Positions 55,916-64,000 of a stretch of 64,000 nt of DNA are shown here, in pieces. The notes below the pieces were generated by a model that had not been told where the DNA came from, made no database searches, and saw only the letters and a program-made list of their open reading frames with translations. The position numbers and the translations under genes are program-made. How positions within the stretch are numbered: the first letter of the stretch is position 1; each line of letters opens with the position of its first letter. Location: contig NC_087446.1 in assembly GCF_036321535.1 (NCBI RefSeq), forward strand, positions 57,722,001 through 57,786,000. The letters run 5' to 3'. The stretch comes from Camelus dromedarius. Its lineage: Eukaryota.

Positions 55916-57294
55916 GAAACCTAATTTGGTATTCTCATGCAATGGAAAACCACTCAACTACCCAAAGGAGTAAACTGCTAAAACAAATAGAACAGAAAAT
56001 ATCAAAAACGTTATGCTAAGTGAAATAATACACTCATCAATGTACATCAATGTAAAATTCTAGAACAGGAAAAACGAATCTGTAGTGACACATAAGTGAC
56101 TGAATGAGGTCAGAGCAGAGTGTGCTGACTGCAAAGTATCATGAGGCAATGTTTTGGGATGATAGAGATGTTATATATCTTGTGGTTTGGTGATTACTTA
56201 CATGGATACATTTTTCAAAATTTCTCAAACTTTACACTTAAAATGAATGTATTCTATTGTGTATATATTATACCTTAATAACACTGATTGAAAAAGCAAA
56301 GAAAATGAGCAAATTAACTTCAACAGGTACTTCACATAAAGAAATATCTAACCAGCACCTGAGTATATGAAAATGATATATGACTACAGACACACATACA
56401 GGCACTCAAACAGAAGTGGAGAAACTGGAATTCTTACACGCTGATCACAGGAGTGTAACTGGTATACACGCTGTAAAATATACTGCATGACTAACAATTA
56501 AAATCTTAGGTATATTACCACCAGAAATTTATGTGTATGTAAACAAAAAAATTATATACAAGGTATTATTCTTACTAGTAGTACTGAAAATAAGCAAGAC
56601 CTGCCCTCTTCTCCTACCTACCCTTCCCCTGATGGGTAGATTTCGAACAAGGATACGATATGTTAGATCCATCCCATTCCCTTTCTTTTTTTATACTGTC
56701 TTTTCTATAGACAGATTTCAGGCTGTTCCAAGTCAAGCAGTAGAAGTGTTTGTCCTGGGTAGTGGAGTAGATTTGGATTTCCAGCACTACGTACAGTTAT
56801 GAATGACTCAAGATTTCCTTATTGGGATGTTCATAGCTATGTTTTCAATACTTCCATAATGAAACTGGTATTTTAATCTCCATTTACTTGCCTACTTTCT
56901 CTCTCTACTTCACTTGGAACTCAAGCAAGGAATTAAGGGTGGGATTCCTTCAGGTCCCACAGTCCCAACAGTGACAATGAGAGACCCACTTTTGTGCATA
57001 TAAGTGGTATTACACATTGGAAGCAAAATGTGACAATACACTTCAAAATTCTAAAATGTAATTGGCCTTTGCCTCAGAAATTTCTCTTCTGATAACATAA
57101 ACTAAGGAAATAAATAATGTTTATATAAAATATTTAATATATAATGATATAATATTTAAGTATGAGAAGCCTTATTAAATAAAGGATAATCCATAAAGAG
57201 TACAATGCAGAACATTTACAATGCAAACCTGTATTTTTACCATGTAAGTGTTTATAGTTATTGGCCTAGAAATTGAATGTATGTAAACTTTCAA

Positions 57295-57330
57295 ATATAT
57301 ATATATATATATATTATATAATATATATAT
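57295..57330. repeat. Imperfect (TA)n microsatellite
   Basis: Read directly from the sequence. Confidence 0.9.
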
Positions 57331-57459
57331 GAATATTTTCTCATTGAAAACATAGGCATAAAGCAAATTCGTTTTCTTTTCTTAACACTTTGTTATCTAT
57401 GGGTTGAAGACTATCCAGAAATATCTTTTCATCAGAAAGTTACTGTTTTGCACTTGGAA

Positions 57460-57650
57460 TGTGTCTAATAAAACTGTTGCATCTTATTGTCTCCAAGGAC
57501 ACAATTCCCACTGCTGCCCCTATTAGGTATTTTGCCAAAATCCAGTGCCTTATAGATTCATTAGTCATATCTGAACTTTAGTCACGAAGGACTCTCTATC
57601 CACATAGAGGGGCCCCTGCACATCCTTAAGAGTCTGAGATGGTAATAAAA
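57460..57650 (+). promoter_or_regulatory. Candidate promoter of the OR6C68-like gene
   Basis: TGTCTCCAAGGACA 57488-57501, TTTGCCAAA 57531-57539, GATTCATTAGT 57555-57565. Colinear with the 41639-41720 and 32726-32799 blocks. Confidence 0.55.
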
Positions 57651-59344
57651 CATTCATCTTATTTCACTGTGTAAAAATCCATCTTTGCCCAGAGAAATCA
57701 GAAATTATCTTTTTTAAAATCACCTTCTTTTTCTCAGACATTTAAAATAAATGACTTTTTACTTCTGCTTTGAGATATAAGAAATTGCTTCCTAAGTTTA
57801 AAGTGGAAAAACATCTTTCATGAGAGTCTGCTGGCAACTCAGAGAGCACTATCCGCTGCACAGAGCCGTCTGTGAATGTGTGTCTCACTGCGAGGGGCAC
57901 TTGTGCACACACTTGAGTCCACTCATCCTTTTAGTTTCATCTGTGACACTACCGGGATTACACAGTCAACTAAAGCCATGGTGACCTTCCATTAGAGTAA
58001 GTATGTTCTTTGGTAATTTCAGTTTCTTTCTTCATTCAGAGTTCTAGTTCCTTGGTCTATGCCAAATATCAAGTTTATCTATTTAAAAATCAGATGGCAA
58101 TAAATTAAGTTGGATATCTCCAGAAAAGAAAAGTTATTTCTAATACTTTTTAGTATTAGAAAAATGAAATGTGAAGGGATTGAACGCATTAGAAGTATTT
58201 ATTACACGCATTAGTAGAGATAGGTCAGTTACCTGTTCACTCTTTCTATCCTTAGTATCTGCAGCAGAACCAGCCATATTACAGCATCTCAATAATTATA
58301 TCTTGAATGAATTCATGAGTACTTACAAGAACAGGAGGGACAAACAGAAGTGACCTTCCCTACAATGTCACTCTTACCAATCAATACATATAACCAACAT
58401 GTAACTATAATGCCCTTCATTAGTGTGCCAAGTTATCAGCAATGCTGCCATTAGCGATAGTTATAGTGAGCGAGTTATAAATGCAAATATTCCTTGAAAT
58501 ACACTAAATAGAAAATATACCTGAATGAAAGTGGTTTACCAGATCATTCATTTAATATCCCAGTATCACAGAAGACAATTATTGGTGATTATAAAGGGAG
58601 GACAGTTTGGGAGTTGGGAGCAATGCTCTGAGTTAGGATGCCACAGTGAAGCACTAAGAGCATTAGAGTTTTCTGTTTGGTTCAGCAGGGTCAGCTCCCT
58701 AATAATACTATCTAAAAGGGTACCTGATTATCAGCTAACTGTTTCTCCCCTGAGTGGAGATTAGGGCTCCTTTTCTATAGAGATGCCTTTAACCGTAGGT
58801 CATTTTCTATCTACTGTATTCTGACACTGTGATTTGTTTCTGTTTTGAGAGAAATAACATGCCTTGATTCACCAAATCTTAGGAGAATACATTTCCACCT
58901 TTCTTGTAGGACAGTGATTGCAAAAAATTAATTGAAACCATTCATACAACAAACTAATTAATTTTTGCATGGAAAAGCTTTTTTACTCCTTAGAATGGAG
59001 GGAAAACAAAAGACATAAACTCTTTACTAACAAAAGGAAGCAGCTGCCCAAATACTTACTTAGTAACAGCTGAGAAAGAAATGTGGAATATCTATTGCCT
59101 TGTGTCCAAAATTGCAGAGCCTCTGAACTCTGCCCATAGTATTTCTCTGCAGAACACTGAACAGGTTATCAGAGGCACCAAAATCCACATGCTTTATAAA
59201 GAATGCAGGAAAGAAAACACAATAGCTGCAATGGCCATTGATTAATACTCTTATACATTATAAACATAAGTATTAGAGCAAGTTACAGAGCAAAAAAAAG
59301 AAGAAGGAAATAAAGGCGATAAAGAAGTAGGGGTAGTGGCTTTA

Positions 59345-59460
59345 ACTTACCATCTACCAGGCACTCTGCACAGATTATCTCAATCAATACTCACAGTAAT
59401 TCCATGAACTACATGTTATGGGGAAAACTGAGGCTAAAATGGAAAGGAGAAATGAGAACA
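59345..59460 (-). mobile_element. MIR relic
   Basis: ccaggcactctgcacagattatctca...ggggaaaactgaggct. Confidence 0.55.
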
Positions 59461-60389
59461 CTGAAGCCTTACTCCAGAGACTATGTAAAAAGTACAGAAA
59501 GTATACTTCCTCACTACACATCAGTCCACGGGAAAGCAACAGAGTTGGAGTCATACCTGCTTGACATTAAAAATCAGTTTAAATTTTACCATTAGGCTCA
59601 TATAAATATTTTTAAAATCATCTTCAAGGTCATTCTAAAGATCCAGTAAATCATTTTAAAGAAAATACCTTGTATTTGATGTTTAAGACAAATGCAATGC
59701 TCACTTATTTATTTGAATATTTATTAGCTGGAAGTATTTCATTAATCTAAATGCTTGTGCATTTGCAATTCAAAATCCATGAATATGTTCCTTCTCTTCC
59801 TTTTCACAATTCTTACCTAAAGCCTAAATGAATTAACTTCCATGTAACTGAGAGACAGACGAAGACTTTCAAGGAAATACCTAGCATGGGATAACTGTCA
59901 ATTAATAACAGTTCAAAACCTTTTTCCACAACATATAGGGGAGAATTAATCATATTTGGGCTTTAGAAAAATGATTCTGATTGTATTGGTTCTAAAATAT
60001 CGAATGGGAAAAGCAGAGATATATGTTAAGCACATGTCAGTATACTTTCACAATATTTCAGCTATGAGATAAAGATACCCAGGGTACAATTAGTATTGGG
60101 AGTGAAAAAGCAAAAGGACCAAGAAGATAACAGAAATGGCAAGACCTGGTGAGAAACTGAAAATGGGAGTAAAGAAAAAGATATAATTAAGACTGTTCTT
60201 ATGACTTAGGACTGACAGGGCAGGAATCACAATAACATGCACTATGTTTGAAATCTTGAAATGGACACAACTAGAGGACTCTCAAAAGGAAATAATACAG
60301 AGACAAGTAAGAATGCCTCATATAGTAAGTAGTAATGAGTGTTCACTGTATTCCAGATGCAGCTGTAGATATTTTAGCTGCATATTTAA

Positions 60390-60540
60390 ATTCATCAGTA
60401 CAACCCTAAAACGTGCATACTATTTTTATCTCAATTTTGCACATGAAAAAAGCACAGAACAAAGAAGTTAGGCAGACTGCCCAAGGACACTCAGAAAAGA
60501 AAAAGGAAAACTCTGAATTCAAACCTCTCAGTCTGATCTA
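60390..60540 (-). mobile_element. MIR relic
   Basis: acaaccctaaaac...tctcaattttgcacatgaaaaaag...tgcccaaggacac...gaattcaaacc. Confidence 0.6.
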
Positions 60541-61160
60541 GATGTCCAAAAATAAGTTGAATGTTAAAGCAAAAATACTGTAAGATGTGTTTTCTCTGCA
60601 GATATAAATTTGGGAATTATACCTGATTTGAAGTTCCCTTGTTTATAAGAATCTCCTAGAGAGAGAAGAGTGAAAGAAAGGACTGCCTAGAAAAGAGATT
60701 TTAGGTCAATCAACAAGTAGATAAGATTAGAAAAAGAAAAGGCACCCTGAAGGAGAATGGAGATAGAGTGGGAGGAAGAAATCCAGGAAAATGTGAAATA
60801 GTGTAAGTTAAGCTGTCATGGCTTTCCTAAGTTAGCAGTTTATTCTCTCTCATGCAGCAGAGAGTTTGAGTTAAATGAAGGCTGAAATGCATTTAATGAG
60901 TGAAACAAGAGGGAGGCTAGTCATGGCTTGTTGAGAGTAATTTAATTAGCACAATAATCAGATGAGTTAATCTATAAATGGTTAAAAGGACAAAGAAGAC
61001 AATTATCACATAGATGGAACGTAAGTGAAAATATAGAAGCAGAAATGAGAAATGGCCAAGTCTTACTAAACCTGATACTGCTAAATGTCATTTATAATAA
61101 TGTGGCTAAGTGTATTTCAAGCTGAAACAAGGTTGACCAAAAACATTTTAAAAATCAGGG

Positions 61161-61780
61161 ATATGTCAANNNNNNNNNNNNNNNNNNNNNNNNNNNNNNN
61201 NNNNNNNNNNNNNNNNNNNNNNNNNNNNNNNNNNNNNNNNNNNNNNNNNNNNNNNNNNNNNNNNNNNNNNNNNNNNNNNNNNNNNNNNNNNNNNNNNNNN
61301 NNNNNNNNNNNNNNNNNNNNNNNNNNNNNNNNNNNNNNNNNNNNNNNNNNNNNNNNNNNNNNNNNNNNNNNNNTGAAGAAAGCCAGAAAGAGAAATAAAA
61401 ATATATGATATCACTTATACAGAGAATCTTTAAAAAAAAAGGCAAACTTACTACAAAACAGAAACAGACTCACAGACATAGAAAACACACTTATGGTTCC
61501 CAGGGAGACAGGGGGTGGGAAGGGATAAATTGGGAGTTTGAGGTTTGCAGATACTAACTAATATATATAAAATAGATAAACAAGTCTATACTGTATAGCA
61601 CAGGGAACTATATCCAATGTCTTATAGTAACTTATGGTGAAAAAGAATATGAAAACAAATATATGTATGTTCACGTATGACTGAAGCATTATGCTGTAAA
61701 CCAGAAATTGATACAACATTGTAAACTAACTATACTTCAATAAAAATATAAATATACAACAATTAATTAATTAATTGAAT
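61161..61780 (+). mobile_element. 5'-truncated L1 3' UTR insertion
   Basis: Flanked by identical TTTTAAAAATCAGGG (61146-61160 and 61781-61795), containing an L1 endonuclease TT/AAAA site. N block at 61170-61373. Confidence 0.9.
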
Positions 61781-62853
61781 TTTTAAAAATCAGGGCTCTT
61801 CGGCTCTATAAATATACTCCTAACGTTCCCTTTCTTCTCTGTAATAAATTTTGAAGCAAACACATTACAAAACATACAATGAGTGAAAATACATCATTAT
61901 CAAATGTGGTTAGAAAGAAATAATAGAATTCAATTTAGAATTTTAATACCAAAAAGCTGTTCTGAATGAGAACCCTTTGGTGGGAAAAGAGAAGCAAGCT
62001 CTCAAGATCTAGAGAATATGAAACTGCAGAAGCTAGTTAGAGTACACTAGGATTTTCCCTGTCAAAGGAATCAAAAACAAAGCAATCCACCCAAGAATAC
62101 AATCCCAGAATTCAGCTTGTAAACTGGGGAGAAATTCTTTGAGGAACAAGGATATCCTAGGAAGTATAAAAATATGTAACATACTCTATTCTAACAGTAG
62201 GCGGAAAATATAATCAAGGATATATATTACAAATACTAAATACATACATTTGAAATAAATTTTCTATGAGGGAAACCTCAAAGTGTTTGGACTGTAGCGC
62301 ATTTAAATGAATCTTTAAGAAAATATATCCAGTAAAAAAGTCCTAAACACACTTCTGAGAAGCTGGACTGGATACGCTGAAACAGGATAGACTATGTGAT
62401 AAGTACTCACTGCCAGTTTAATAATAACACACACGTAACTTTAATGCCAGCATCTTAACAAAGACCATTTGAGGGGTACTTCTCTGCTAGAAGCATGTTT
62501 GAAAATAAGAAATTGGGGGAAAGTAGATTTGTTGACCCAAAAGCAACTTACTGAAAGAGACATTTTTTTCCAATAATATTTACAAGATATGCTGAACTGA
62601 CACCAAACTAAGTTGTACTTTATTAGAAGCAGCAGTATGAAATAATGATTTTAAAATGAATAGTCAGTTTCTGTGACACAAAGAGGTGATGAAACATTGT
62701 CATGTGCTGCGTGCTTGCTTCTCCACTAACCAATTGTATAGGAATCACTCTCAGATTTACTTCGCCTGAGGTTAGAAACTGACCTGGACTCTGGAGTTCC
62801 TCATACAAAGTCTTATTGTTTCAAGCAGAAGGGGCAAGAGACAACCATCGAGG

Positions 62854-63792
62854 ATGAAAAACCAAACCACAATAACAACCTTCATCTTGCTGGGGCTGAC
62901 GGATGACACTCAACTGAAAATTCTGCTTTTCATCTTTCTATTTCTTTCCTACATGTTGAGTGTATCTGGAAACCTAACCATCATCACCCTCACTCTGATG
63001 GATTCCCACCTCAAAACACCTATGTACCTTTTCCTCCAAAATTTCTCCTTCTTAGAAATTTCATTCACAACTGCTTGTGTGCCCAGATTCTTGTACAGCA
63101 TATCATCCAGGGACAAGTCTATCACCTATAATGCTTGTGCCAGTCAACTGTTTTTTACAGACCTCTTTGCAGTAACAGAGTTTTTCCTCCTGGCCACCAT
63201 GTCCTATGACCGCTACGTGGCCATCTGCAAACCCCTGCATTACACAACCACCATGAACAGCAGAGTCTGCAAGAACTTCCTCCTCCTCTGTTGGTTAGCA
63301 GCATTGATCATCATACTCCCACCAATCAGTCTGGGTTTGGGCTTGGAATTCTGTGATTCGAATGTCATTGATCACTTCTGCTGTGACGCTTCTCCTATCC
63401 TGAAGATCTCCTGCTCAGACACATGGCTGATAGAACAGATGGTCATAGTGTGTGCGGTGCTGACCTTCATTATCACTCTCATGGGTGTCGTTCTTTCCTA
63501 CATTTATATCATCAGGACTATTCTAAGGTTTCCCTCTGCCCAGCAAAGGAAGAAGGCCTTCTCCACTTGTTCTTCCCACATGATTGTTGTTTCCATCACA
63601 TATGGCAGCTGCATCTTCATTTATGTCAAACCGTCAGCCAAGGACGAGGTAGCTATTAATAAAGGAATTTCGCTCCTCATTACTTCTATTTCACCAATGT
63701 TGAACCCCTTTATTTACACACTGAGAAATAAACAAGTGAAGCAAGCTTTTCTTGACTCAATTAAGAAAACTGTATTCCTCTCAAAGATGTAA
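62854..63792 (+). CDS. OR6C68-like: Olfactory receptor, OR6C subfamily, closest recalled match OR6C68; 312 aa, intact
   Basis: NQT sequon, [46 protein letters not shown]. Shares [14 protein letters not shown] and [11 protein letters not shown] with recalled OR6C68. Confidence 0.93.
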   Translation: MKNQTTITTFILLGLTDDTQLKILLFIFLFLSYMLSVSGNLTIITLTLMDSHLKTPMYLFLQNFSFLEISFTTACVPRFLYSISSRDKSITYNACASQLFFTDLFAVTEFFLLATMSYDRYVAICKPLHYTTTMNSRVCKNFLLLCWLAALIIILPPISLGLGLEFCDSNVIDHFCCDASPILKISCSDTWLIEQMVIVCAVLTFIITLMGVVLSYIYIIRTILRFPSAQQRKKAFSTCSSHMIVVSITYGSCIFIYVKPSAKDEVAINKGISLLITSISPMLNPFIYTLRNKQVKQAFLDSIKKTVFLSKM

Positions 63793-64000
63793 AGGAAAAA
63801 TGAGTCAGTGAATCTTAATTAGATGATCTGGCACAAAACCTGAAGCTTCTGATACTGTTTGTCCCTATAAAATTTATTCTCCAGTCATATTGACATTGTA
63901 TAATTTTCTTTTTAAACTTGCTTACTGTGAACCCTGACTATTCCATCTTTTATTCTTCACTGAAACTAAACTCAGGATGCGTACTCTCACCATCTGGCAG

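Larger units (their letters stand above)
52915..56292 (+). mobile_element. Ancient L1 (L1ME/MD-like) ORF2 to 3' UTR, hosting three later insertions
   Basis: EN text (ggatggctatattaatatcag...aagggtcaactcatcaagaagacataac). acacaaattaccaat|ccaatacaaagaatg is continuous across the LTR. 3' UTR ends near 56290. Confidence 0.8.

Noticed and set aside
6333-63659. Similar His/Leu-rich ORFs in the +2 frame inside five ORs (6333, 18546, 28050, 50188, 63423)
   Set aside because: Shadow ORFs. Hydrophobic TM5-TM6 codons rarely create stops in that frame, and the similarity follows from OR paralogy.
1-64000. CRISPR arrays, tRNA/rRNA, NUMT, processed pseudogenes or a novel multi-gene system
   Set aside because: None recognised. 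Short ORFs outside ORs lie in repeats or AT-rich DNA and lack motifs.

Overview
AT-rich mammalian genomic DNA containing a tandem, all plus-strand cluster of six class II olfactory receptor genes of the OR6C subfamily. In order they resemble OR6C75 (no start codon), an unassigned OR6C, OR6C65 (two frameshifts), OR6C76, OR6C2 and OR6C68. Four ORFs are intact and two look disabled. Gene names come from recalled human protein sequences and the human 12q13 order, not from a search. Intergenic DNA is mostly L1 relics of several ages, plus LTRs, Tigger/MER5, MIR/L2 and microsatellites. The youngest L1 3' UTRs and the absence of Alu, BovB, PRE-1 or CAN-SINE suggest a camelid (inference). I found no evidence of a new protein-coding system. 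The best non-obvious signal is a repeated regulatory architecture: a paralogous non-coding block with O/E (EBF)-like and homeodomain (Lhx2)-like sites upstream of at least four ORs, a strong splice donor about 0.45-0.5 kb downstream of it, and a splice acceptor 24-25 nt before each start codon. The N runs behave like length-preserving masks inside repeats, not assembly gaps. Repeat boundaries are approximate unless a target-site duplication (TSD) is cited.
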